From Balanoglossus misakiensis (Eukaryota; Animalia; Hemichordata): DNA of 64,000 nucleotides. This document shows positions 50,901 through 62,167 of the stretch, one piece after another; the first letter of the stretch is position 1, and each line of letters starts with the position of its first letter. The position numbers were made by a program, and so were the translations under genes. The notes beneath the pieces are model-generated. The model did not search any database. It had not been told where the DNA came from and saw nothing but the letters and a program-made list of their open reading frames with translations. The stretch covers positions 5,631,625 through 5,695,624 of the forward strand of contig CM082579.2 in NCBI GenBank assembly GCA_040954595.2, given 5' to 3'.

Positions 50901-53900
50901 ACTGAGTCATTGTCAGCAACCTAGTATATACATGTACCATCGTTTTCAGTGTGGTACATGCACCCGGCTACAAAAACTATCAAGCCACTGGACTTTGCAA
51001 AATCACAAACTACCCTCCATACTATAGCCAGAGAACCACAGACTGTTTGTTCATGGCTCAGCTACACAAACAGGTTGCTAGTTTACTGTCTACAGCCCAC
51101 ATATTCCCAGAGAACATATTTTTGTAGTCTTGTTAGAAAAACCAACACCAATCTCCTTACTCTGAGCCAACAATTTTTTGATGGAATTTGATACGTCATT
51201 GCTGGGCAGGTTGCTAAGCACATTGGAGGAGGTGAAAGACCATAAAGTTATTTTTTAGCAAGCTGATATCAGTTTTAGGTGCCCATTTGTAACTTGACAC
51301 TGGTGAGGTTCCCCAGGGTCCCTCCCCTCCCTGAGAGTCACTGCCAGGTGGGCAAAGTTCAGCGCGAGGTCACTGTTAGGTCAAAGAACCCCCAGTGTTG
51401 ATGTAGACGGATTTATAAAGGGTGACCGTGTGAGAAGACTGAAATCCCTGAAGCATACACGAAGTGAGTTATTTGCCTCAGGAGTTCAGTCAGCCATGCC
51501 TTTACATGAAAACAATTGAGTTGTAGCTTTCCTTTCTGGACCGGCCTGAAACTAAGACATGCCTATCCGTTTCATTGCTCGGTGGAATTCTTTCATGGAT
51601 TTGACTTTGTTGTCTGATGTTGTTTTGGTTATATACATGTACTTATAGTCACTGTTTGATTGTACATGTATGTATGTGATCTGTGTCGCAGCCTTGAATT
51701 TATCAAAGAGGGGTGAAACGGTGCAATTGTGTTTGTGCATACCTTGGTTTGAACGACAAGTAGTCTGTGTACAAAAACCACAAACCTATTTAAAGCAGAA
51801 AAATAAGGTTTCAGCCATCACTGATAACAATACCATACAGACTCACATGGCCATGAGTTTTCTATGATAAGGTTGGACCTCTAAAGAGAGAAATGGAAGT
51901 GAAAGGGTTACAGTTGGTGTAATCGAATTCACTCTGACTGTCTCATTTTCTGATCCTCTTCTCATCAGCCTGACGAGAGTCATGCCTTGACAATGGTCAT
52001 TTTACAAGACATGCAAGACAGACGTTTTGTGAAGAGACACAAGTTGGTGGATGAACCGTTCGTCGAACACGTGAACGAAGTGGAGGCCGACCTCAACGCG
52101 TACAAGACGAAACTCAACGCCGCGCTCGCCAAGAACAGAATCAAGTTCAAGGCTCCCAGTATCGAATTTCTTCTGCCGGAAAATCTCAGAGAAAGGGAGA
52201 CAAAGGCAGTCGCCACGCTGGTGTACGCTTGGGTCAATCAAATTAAAACCACGTGAGTCGAGATTAAAGTGTCTGTTGTTTACGAAAGTTGCTAAGTTTG
52301 GGAAAACAATAGTGGCTGTCCAATGTGACCAGTAGAGGGCGGTCTTCTCGTGAACGAGAATTTGTGCTTCTTTCTGACACATAGTACAAAGTTGAATAAA
52401 ATACTTAAAACTGAATAGTATACCTTACACTGTTGAATAAATATTTCTTTCTTTCTGACTTTGTTTTTCTCTAAATGTTCATTCAGATTGTATGAATGGC
52501 TGTCACAGACACTTTTTATTCATTAGATACTGATTTTTCTCTCTTGCAGAATGTCAACTGTGATAGATGCTTTGAAGGAAGATGGTTTCAAGCAAGTTAA
52601 TTCCCTTGAAAAATTACACGGGGAGACATTCTGTGCTGATACACAGTGTAAAAATGTTCTAGTCTTTCATCCCGAGATGAGAGATGAACTAGAAAGTCAC
52701 CATCTTTTCAAAGACTTCCATCTCATATTACAGGTAAGAGTCAATGTAAAACAGTTTACAACTGGTGAACCTATATAGTTCTGTTAACAAAGTGAAGATT
52801 TTTAAGTTTGAACACTTAGCAAGAATTGACACCCTCAGATCAGTCAGATAAATCCTAGGTTTATCAAAAAACACACACATATCTTGATCATACATGTATG
52901 TGTTATTCGTTCAATTTGTCAACAGGACAAGTCTAGCTGTTACGGCCCACACTCCGTGAAAGCTCTGCTCAACGAAGGCGACGATGTCATCCACACGCAT
53001 GTCAGCTCCGGCAAGACCACGGCCCACATGTCGTCGCTCATGAACCAGGAAGGCAGCAGCACCGTGTTTGCATTCGGCATCAAAGGTCACACACATCACG
53101 AAACACTGAAAGGGAGAATGGAGCAGTACGGTGTTCAAAGTATCCTCTATCTCTAAATCGGTTTTGTTTTAATCCCTTTTCTTGCATTCTGCTCTTTGGG
53201 ATATACAGTATGTTTTCTGTTTTACATATGTCCACATAGTATGTATAACAATCTCTAGAAATTAACTTCTGAATCAGTAGAATGCAAAATTTCGTGTCTT
53301 CCTTTAACTTTTTGACTGCCAGATGTGCGAGGAGTCGAGGAAAACTTCCTGGAAGTCCAACCAAATGACGTCCGGTTTAAAAATGTCAAAGTCATTCTGA
53401 TGACTCCGCCGTGCTCCCATTCCGGAATCACCAACCCTGTGGATTACATCCTCCATGAAGGAGAAGGTCTGTGTTTTGGAAGCTCTGACCCCTGTGCATG
53501 ATGCCTGCATTTTGGGGCTAACCCTATTGTCTTCTTTGGCTGGTCAAGACCAATTGGCATCGAAGTACATGTACATTTGTATACCGTAGAAAACGATAGA
53601 TTTGGACCAAACCATCATGATGAAAAGGCATAAGTGAACACTTTCAATTATAGATGTCTGTTATTGAAAGGCTGTGTTTAAAATCTTCAGTGATTCTAAA
53701 AACGGTAAAAGAATTGGTTAATGTGTTTGTTACAGACGCTAGCATATTACAAGACTTGTCCAGGGAAGAAGTCGATCAAGACAAACTCAATGAACTTATT
53801 AACCTACAGATGGAATACCTGAAACATGCCATGAGATGTAAGTGAAAGATTCATGTGTATCTGTGTGTAAAAAGATTTGAAATATAGGCAGATAGTTTAG

Positions 53901-56900
53901 AAATTCCATAACAAATATAAGTTAGAGAAGTGAAGCGTGCATTCACTGGGAAACAGACTAAATCACAGTTTTCATTTTCTCATCCCAGTTTCTAGAGTCC
54001 AGGCAGTAATCTATTGTACACACTCAATCAACAATGAAGAAAACGAGAGCATTGTGACCAAAGTTGCCGACTACTACAATTCCAAACTGACCGCCAAACA
54101 GATGCCGTATCGTATCACTCCACCAACACTGCCACTGTCGGTGAAAGACTCCGACAAACAAGGTTCCTCCAAGTACTTCAAGACGCAACCGTCGGAGGAG
54201 ATCAGCGGCTGCTTTGTTGCCGTGGTTACACGAGAAGTAAGGATTTAAATTCTCAACATTTTGAACATGCGTGTCGGATGCAGCTAAAATTTCCCCTGAT
54301 GAGTGTTGTAAGAAGTCCTTAAGGGTTTGAGATTCTGTTATTGTTAATCTCATTTGCAGACTTGCAGTGTGACACATCAGTAGTAACTATCATGTTTGAT
54401 GTATCTTAATTGAAATAAATCTATCAGGTGGGAAATGCACCTCTTCTCACATTCAGACTGACATGTTCCACACAACTTTTCAGGCCACACCGGACGAGCA
54501 ACTGACTGCAGCCGACATCATCGCCAGGGCCAAGGCCAAGGGCCTGATGGGAAGCGGTGGCGCCCAGCCGTCGGAGGAGAATGGAGAAAGTCCCGAGGGC
54601 GGCAAGAGGAAAAAGAAGAGCGGTCAACGAAGCCCTCGCTCCAAATCCATGCCATCAATCAGACGCAACATGAGCAAAGGCAAACACTCACCCCCAGGAC
54701 GCACCATGAGGACCTCGCCAACCAGACAGCAGCGTAAACCCTACAGTCAACAGATCAAAGACAGAAGCAGCAAAATCTCACTACCAAACACCAGCTCAGA
54801 AGATGATTACAGGCCAATCAAAACGGTTGCTAGGAAACCAAGGACAGCAAGTAAGATAGAGAGAATGAGATGAGATTCTTATCTTTGCATTTCACACATT
54901 ACACTGTGTTCGTTTGTGTTTATTCCAATAGGTGTCGGCATTTCGTTCCTGTCAGCTGTGTTTCTGTCTTTATTTACTGGTTTTTCCCCCCAATTTGTTT
55001 CAGTTAATGTCTTCAGTGTTCTATCATTGATGTAATGTACTGTGTTGTGTTGTGTTATTTGGTGATGTGTTGTGTCCTACCATGTGATGTCATGATCGGC
55101 CGTATTGTGTGCTCTGGTATACCCAAATATTGGGTACTGTCCTGTTGTTGTTTTGTTTTGTGTTGTGTCATGTGATGTCGTGACGTGATGTGTCATGTCG
55201 TGTTCTGTGTATGTGTGTGTTTCCCCTGTACAACTCTCCTGCTTCCCTTCAACTAACATTGCAAACCCACAACTTTCGCTTCTTGTATCCTTTCGTCACA
55301 TTCCAACGTAGAAGTTGTAAAAGATGCAGCTCTTGCTTCATCTGATAAGCAACGAAAGATAAAAAAAAATGGTGTTGCGAGAATAATGTAGTTATACTTC
55401 GTAGTGGATACATTTTCTTGTCTTTCTGGTCTGCCATGCAAATTTTGTTCCATGACTTTATTATGAGCATCTTCATTACTTTGAACTACTTCAATACTTG
55501 TACATGTACCTCTCCTGTACTGTACTGTAGCGTCAACTACTTTGTGCTGAGAACTGATAGCGTTTGTGTCATCTAGTCAGAGTGTGATGGCATCTTTGCC
55601 CAGATTTTATCACGTTCACACACTAGCTGTCATACATACATGCACCATCATTATCACAACCACCACTGTCATCATTCAGGTGGCCTTGCACCATTGATAG
55701 GAATCATTTAAATGTTCATTTTCCCATTCATTTCAGTGTTTTTGAACTAAATCTGTCATTTAGATAGTCATTAACATTTGCCGAACTGGTAGCGGATTGT
55801 ATTTAGACATGCTGTGCGCTTTGCTTGGTTGCTGGTTTTGCTTAAAAATGACTCTCTGTAACATGACTGTGTCTTGTACTGAAAATAATTCTGGGTTGTT
55901 GGATTGCAAACTGACAGATGACATCATGCCTTCCAGCCAAATCTCCTGCCAGACTGGTGTCTGCTGGTTAACACATTGGCATGTGACAGTCATGTGATAT
56001 GAATAAACCAATCGGATCATTAAAAAAATGATGATCCGTTTGGTCAACATGTGATTTGTGATAGCCAATGAGGGCCGTCTCTGAATTATGATTGCAAGCC
56101 AACAACCTCAACCCTATTGGTCAACACATGTCATGTGACATTAAGTTGAGAGTGGCATAGTTTGACGCAACCATGCTTTGCTTTCTGTGTGATGATTCCA
56201 TCAGAATAAGAAACTTATCGTCACTGCCCCGAGCGTAAAATATTAATATCCAAGCTAGATATACCCCAGCCATAAGCATAATTTCCTTGTAACCAATACC
56301 ACCATCCCTATAAAATCATACCCAAAGTAACCTGAATTGGTTTAATCAGGCACATTCAAATATTAACATCATCTGCAGATTATGAATCCCAATAATTTAA
56401 GAAAAGTGTTTTTGCTATAGATTAAAAAGTGTTGTTTTCACACTTAAAACACTTTTTAAAAAAAGTACAAGACTATCACCCTTGCTGGGTTTAACCCTTT
56501 CACCACCATGGTTTGGTCCACATCCATTGTTTTTATGATAAATTCGGACCTGTACACAGAGAAAACGGGGATGAAAGGGTTAAGGTACTGCTGCTGTAAT
56601 GTTGCACTTTTTTTGTTTGCACTGCCGAGTTTAATAATTTGCACCAGCAAAAAAAAAATATATGTTGCATGTCTAACTGTATTGCATCATCTCTACTGCC
56701 TATGATTGCATGAAATATCGCGTGCCAATGCAAAATATTGACCACACGACTAACAATATTACGTTCAATCTACAGTATAACACTTAAATTTTTTTTTTAA
56801 AGTTTTAAACATTAGAATAATGTTCACACAACAACATTATGTTGTTAATATATTTTTGTATTCGTAGCTGCCCCTGCCGCTGCACAACCTGGTACCAAAG

Positions 56901-58089
56901 TGGAGTTAAAACTTCATCAGTTTGCATGGCAAAAAGTTTAATATCGATCGTACCAAAAGGCAGGACGGTACATATTGTCTGTTTTACTTGAATGGAGTGC
57001 TCATACTTTTTGCATTTTTAATTTGTTTTATATCGGTAATGGGTTAAGGAATCTGTTTTTTATTTAATTTTAATTTTACAAGTTAATTTTGTGTATATTC
57101 ATCATAATCTGCTGTGGAAACTAACCCTTTAACAACAAAATGCAAATTTGTTTTCCCTCTGTGTGTGTTCTGTGTGGTTGAAGTGTCTCTCAATAGGTAA
57201 CGTATCTTTGTAAAATCTTAAGATTCTTAAGTTTTGTTTCAAACTTTTGGTGTGGATATAAACACTAATAATCTTTGAGTAAACCAAAAAAAAGAAAAGA
57301 AAATCGTTTGTCACCTTGGAAGTGGATGGATCACATGGTAGCAGGGTTTGTGAGTAAAAATCATTAAAGAGGACATCCTTCACTTTTTCAAGATCCTGAC
57401 TGCCCAACTCCCACCAACGTCAGAAAAATACACAGGTATTTTTTTAGCGTAAGACCCGCTCCATGCTTATTTTCATGTGAAGTTGAGCAAATTGACAACT
57501 TCACTGGCATTTTAGTTCAGATCCCCGCCCCGAAACAAAATTTCTTGTCGCGAGATCCAATTCACAAATCTTGTCATAGAAAATCTTGATCATATCTCAA
57601 TTCCTTAAGTACCTGAGATTGCACGCATAGACATGTACTGTACTGAGAGCTCTAGGGGGCAGTATACATCACCACGGTGAAGAGGGCGTTGTTCACAGCT
57701 GTGTTTCAGGGCTTCAAAAAACACTTTCCTCGTGTACTGGTAATAAATTAAATTAAAAGTAACAGTAATGTCAGTGAAATAGGAATAAAAGTCATTTCTT
57801 ATTTGTAAACCGGTAAGTCAAAGTGGAAATTTTGTCACCATTAAAGAAGAAGTCATCCATATATTCCATGTGTGATGTGTTTTAAACTATACATCCTGAG
57901 TTCACTTTGTTCATTTTCTCTTCCACAGGTGACATGTTTGCTCACCATCGTAACCGTCCGGAGGCCGATTTCGAAATAGCGCCGGTGGGTGTACCCATGA
58001 CTGCAGCGGCAAAGGCTAGGATGTCGGAGAGACACGAGTTGGTTGTTCCGCACGAATATTCTGTCAAACACCCTAAGCCTTTCCGCTAA
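35051..58089 (+). CDS. NSUN7: NOL1/NOP2/Sun domain family member 7 (putative RNA m5C methyltransferase-like), about 727 aa, 10 coding exons
   Basis: Exons 35051-35471, 49538-49596, 51969-52252, 52550-52733, 52926-53139, 53323-53466, 53736-53837, 53989-54236, 54484-54850, 57929-58089; phases consistent, 2184 nt. NSUN7-diagnostic blocks: YDLAFATLKYQALLEDILLDS, KTKLNAALAKNRIK, YAWVN, LILQDKS, HSVKALLNEGDDV, VKVILMTPPCS, NPVDYILHE, EENE, PYRITPP, GCFVAVVTRE, IIARAKAKGL. AATAAA at about 58282. Confidence 0.93.
37730..37821. mobile_element. TTAA/CCCTT MITE copy
   Basis: TTATCCCTTTCACCCC...GGACCAAACCATGGTGGTGAAAGGGTTAA; same family as 56491-56583, opposite orientation. Confidence 0.8.
39703..39716. 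promoter_or_regulatory. RFX X-box motif in NSUN7 intron
   Basis: GTTACCATGGAAAC matches GTTNCCATGGNAAC; a further half-site CCTGGCAAC follows about 40 bp downstream. Confidence 0.45.
42051..42303. repeat. Direct tandem duplication, about 124-128 bp x2
   Basis: TTTCTTCCTTGGTTCTTAACAT...GAAATTCCACACTGCCAC.AAAAGCTGTGTC occurs twice with few differences. Confidence 0.92.
44877..44947. repeat. (CAT)16 followed by (CAC)n microsatellite
   Basis: Read directly from the sequence. Confidence 0.95.
46476..46903. mobile_element. Foldback/MITE with perfect 191-bp inverted arms and Tc1/mariner-like ends
   Basis: Arms 46476-46666 and 46713-46903 are reverse complements with no mismatch seen; spacer is 46 bp. 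Ends read TA|CAGCCGAAAT...ATTTCGGCTG|TA. Confidence 0.9.
47431..47651. mobile_element. Non-autonomous DNA transposon with TTAA TSD and 14-bp TIRs (Kolobok-like ends)
   Basis: TTAA|GGTAGTATGCGCCT...AGGCGCATACTACC|TTAA. Confidence 0.8.
50143..50245. repeat. Compound (GAT)n/(GGT)n microsatellite
   Basis: Read directly from the sequence; it lies in an NSUN7 intron. Confidence 0.9.
51356..51383 (+). promoter_or_regulatory. Double DR5 nuclear-receptor element (three half-sites)
   Basis: AGTTCA-GCGCG-AGGTCA-CTGTT-AGGTCA. Confidence 0.5.
53140..53322 (+). other. U12-type (minor spliceosome) GT-AG intron in NSUN7
   Basis: Donor GTATCCTC; branch-site-like TTCCTTTAAC at 53299-53308, with its A about 15 nt from the 3' end. 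Splicing restores the frame (GVQ-N-VRGVEENF). Confidence 0.75.
55040..55222. repeat. Degenerate TGTGT/TGTCA pentamer simple repeat
   Basis: Runs of TGTGT, TGTGA, TGTCA and TGTTT. Confidence 0.7.
56491..56583. mobile_element. piggyBac-like MITE (85 bp between TTAA sites)
   Basis: TTAA|CCCTTTCACC...GATGAAAGGG|TTAA, i.e. TTAA TSD and CCCTT termini; several dispersed copies in the window. Confidence 0.85.
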
Positions 58090-58574
58090 AATCTCAAAAA
58101 AATGAGAAAATATTTCATGGGGGAAAAAAGACGTACAAGAATTGGAAGCGACTGCCAACAGTGATATGCTGGTTTGACTGGCTGTTTTGTGACGTTTTGT
58201 GTATTAGCCCAGACAGACTCGAGAACCCCTTAGGCGGTTTGCTTGCATTGTAAAATATGTATATCTGTATAATGGATAAATAATAAACTTGTGGTGTATT
58301 TGTAGATTCTGTATTGAGTTAGATGTGGTGGCGGTTTTTTCTTTAGTATCCTCTGTTTTCTGCTCTTTCTGTTAAAATACAACCCTTTTGATCCCAATCG
58401 ATGTACTCCTACTGTATCCTATTAATTCTCTGATTGATCCTAACTTTATCTCAAGTTAACCTTGGTGTTGGTGCCTTTAATAATAGTTCTACACTGTAGT
58501 ATCCCTTGCAGAGCTAGCTGCTGGTAGTTGCTGGTGTTCCCTACCCCTTACAATAGCGTTTGCTGCTTCAGTGC

Positions 58575-58678
58575 TTAACCCTCTCACCCACTCTACATGG
58601 TTTGGTCCAAATCCATTGTTTCCATATGATGGTTAAAATTGGACCTCACCAGAAGAAAAATGGGGGTGAAAGGGTTAA
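58575..58678. mobile_element. piggyBac-like MITE copy
   Basis: TTAA|CCCTCTCACCC...CATGGTTTGGTCCAAATCCATTGTTT...GGGTGAAAGGG|TTAA. Confidence 0.82.
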
Positions 58679-59370
58679 TGTACAAGGGTTTCTTTGGGCT
58701 GGTGGATTTCAGCTCATACAAAATAGTCAACCAAACCCCCACATCCATGGTTGCCCCCACCCAGTCAAGATCGGAGAAAAAAAAAGAACAGTTCCAAAAA
58801 TGCAGACCACATCACCTGCAGAAAGAAGATAGTGCATGACTACATTTTGGGAGAAGTAACAAGAGACAAGTCTGGAAGTGTCCGTTGTTGGTGGAACGTC
58901 ACCACGAGTCGAGTCTGGATTTGGTGGCATCCAGAATTGCAGGTTGAGGCTGGTCGGAGGAGGCCATGTACGGAGTTCAAATGAACAAACACCAAAATGA
59001 CCGATTCAGAAACGTGTGCTGGAAGTGACTGTGACTTTGTTTTAACCCGTAAACCACAAAAGTTTAAATCTGGGAGTGTAAGGGTTGGAAGTTGAACATT
59101 TTTCCATCAATAAACATTTTCCTGCCGAAATACCTGCACAATTTTATGTTTTCTCGATCTCTTCAGGACCAAAAAAGATGTATAGAATTCCAAATGATGC
59201 AGTCATTGGAGTTTTTTGTTGTTGGAAAAAATAGTGTCAAATTATAAAGCTCAAGTAGGTTATCAGAATTTGAAAAAAAAAAGTTTCTGCATATGATAAA
59301 TCAGCTTAATTATTTGTCATATTCTCTTTAATATCTGCTTTTAATGCAGTAGATAGGAATATCAGCATTG

Positions 59371-59398
59371 CTCAGCTTACAAATGTTTGTAAGCTGAG
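59371..59398. repeat. Short palindrome with 13-bp arms
   Basis: CTCAGCTTACAAA-TG-TTTGTAAGCTGAG. Confidence 0.75.
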
Positions 59399-62153
59399 AC
59401 AACTTTTTCAATTCGCATCATGTATTCCTTGGATAGCTAGGAGATTTTCTATCGTCATCGCTGGGTCAGGTACCTGGACACAAGATAAATTGATACACAG
59501 AGTTGAGCTCATAACTTTGTTTAAAAAAATTGTGTTCTATAAAGTTTGTATGAAACCATTTCATGTGAAATAGTCTATTATATTTTAGTGAAGAAATTTT
59601 TTGGAAGATCGGTATAAACGAATTAACATTATGCAGATATGAATGGTGGAGGCAGCCCCAAGGGGCGCCCTCTGTGGTCGGTTCATTTCAACGTGTCACA
59701 CATTTTCTGCCATTGTGTCAAGTCTAAACATTTACACCATATACAACATTTTTTTCCAGGGTCTATGATAACATATTCCATTTTACAAAAAAAAAAAACA
59801 CTGGTTGTTTAGATTTTAGATAGTTCATGCTTTGGGAAACAATTTACATGTTGGACTATTCTACAGCTTTGAATTTGTTTTAAAAAAAAAGGAGTTTAAA
59901 CTTTTATGTATTTGAGCAAATTATGGCTACATAGGATTTGTCTTTCTGTGAGTATGTTTAAATAACATTCCAAGAGTAAGACGACCATTATATGTAGTTT
60001 GCAACTCTGTAATATGCTAGGTCTCGCTGACATGTAATTTATACACCCGTCCTTATTTCCCTATGCACTAATTTTACCAAAGAAAACAATCAACCATTTT
60101 TTTTTCATTTCAAAACAAATTCCATCGTGGATTTTACGCAATATCCCGGAACACATCTGCACAACAAATAGTCGATGTAGGAATCCACAAATGATTTGCA
60201 CTCCGGCAAATATTTAATTCAGCACTGTAAGATGCTTTTTAATAGTTTACAGAATCTTCGTGAGTGAATTTATTTTATACCATATACAAGCTATGTACGT
60301 TACACAATCTACTGGTATAAATGGATGAATATTTACCTTATTTAAAGAGAGATTAGAAGGTTATATGTTTACAAATAAATAATTATTTTCCTTTGAAAAG
60401 TAAATTACTTGTTGGTGTTGTTTGTGAATTTGTCATTGTCTGTTACTCAAGATAGCCTATAAAAAACAACATAATATTAAATGATAATATGTTTGTATAT
60501 ACCCATCACGTAGCTCATTTACATGTAAATGGACCATTCTGAGTTTGATAATAAATTCATGAAAATGGCAGCCATTGGGGCTTTAACGAAAAAAAGACAG
60601 AAACAGACAAAAATGAGATGTCGGTGTTCAGATTCAAAGTGTTTTATTTTATTTTCTGCGGAGGAAAGATACTACAATATCAATAAATATGAACTCTGAC
60701 GTATGATCACGACCACTTTTGGTTTGGGAGATCAGCAACCCTGATGTTTCAGTAAACTTCCGTGGATGTCGAATTTTATTTCTGAACAGCTAGGAAAGTC
60801 CAGATGGGCACGGAATCTCTTGTGGTAACGATTACTAACTTCAAAAACACCAGCGCTCCATGGAATCTTGACAAATCTGTGTCGCTACCCACCGACACCC
60901 AAGAAGTGATCAGGATCATCGGTCAAGAGTCGGAAACACAAAAAGGAAGTTCCTTTTCTTACAGGTTTCTAGTTGGTAATGAGAAAGAAAAAATAGTGAC
61001 CATATTTCTGAACAATTACCTAAATGTGAAAACTGGCAAAGTGGTATATTTTTTGTTTTAATTTGGTTATATCTTGCTATACAGGAACCTTACAGACTAC
61101 AATTGTCAACACACACCAGGTTTTGGGGTTATTTCATCGTATTTTTTCTCTCTGATATATTTTATGAGCATTTTCTGGGTGCCTTAAAACGTCTTGTAAA
61201 ATTAAAATCTCTCTACTGTTATATTCTTAAAATGCTTTCGACACCCATAAAAATGAAGATTTTTTTAAAACAACTATTATAGTAAAGAAACTGGAAAATA
61301 ATCAGATCAGAAAAATTAAAATATTTCCACTTTGAAATGTACATTTCTGAATTTGCTGGACATTAGCCAGTACAAATGGATAGCTTCTAATCCTGCGTTC
61401 CAAACAGGATCTGTCAATACCCCATTCTCCAGTGGTCGTTAATCCCATCATAATTGCTTTTTTTTTTAGTAATTTCTAAAAGGCCCTCTAGCGCAAAATT
61501 GCACAGCGTTTAAAATTCCACGATTACCTTTGGGACTGTGTTTCATTATTGTTATTATTATTTTTGATTATTTAAAATTGCAAGCAGGTTATTTCGTTAA
61601 GTGTTATTTTCCTCCCCCTTCTCATAGTATCATGGCCACCCCTCTGAAGTAATGGTCTGTTCTGCTTGATGGGGGAAGCTGCAGGCATTTTGCAAGGAGT
61701 GAATGCAGAGAGGGCTGCAAGAATATAACAGGGGGTTGCAGCTTTGATACTCGGGGCACAAGCAGAAACCACGATACCTCAAAGTGGGAGGGAACATCTT
61801 CCAAGGCATTTTTTGTTTTTGTTTTTTAGTGTACAGTATATTGCCAGTATAATGGGACTCGGTCATATAGTTTTCTATTGCATATATAAAAGTAATCCTT
61901 TTTTTCGTCACTACTTCTTCTAACAGGCTGATTTTTCTCTAAAAACTAACTAATATACGAACTAAACCAATCTGTAACTATGACACCAGTTTTTAAAGTG
62001 GTCCTTTTGTATACATTGGGTCGAAACATCAGCGTTCCATGTATCTGTGGCTTGTGTCTGAGACACGCACTATGTCAACAGTCAACTAGTCACAATAAGA
62101 CGTCAGTTTACAAATCACTAGGCAACAACCACTATGACAACATCGTACCCACA

Positions 62154-62167
62154 GTTGTCATGGCAAC
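62154..62167. promoter_or_regulatory. RFX X-box motif
   Basis: GTTGTCATGGCAAC with nearby half-sites; a second copy, GTTGTCATAGCAAC, at 63115-63128. Confidence 0.4.

Noticed and set aside
57647-57664. CTCF-like motif GAGCTCTAGGGGGCAGTA
   Set aside because: A single imperfect match is expected by chance in 64 kb.
60804-61061. 85-aa plus-strand ORF, and the 159-aa ORF at 62476-62955
   Set aside because: No recognisable homology or multi-exon structure.
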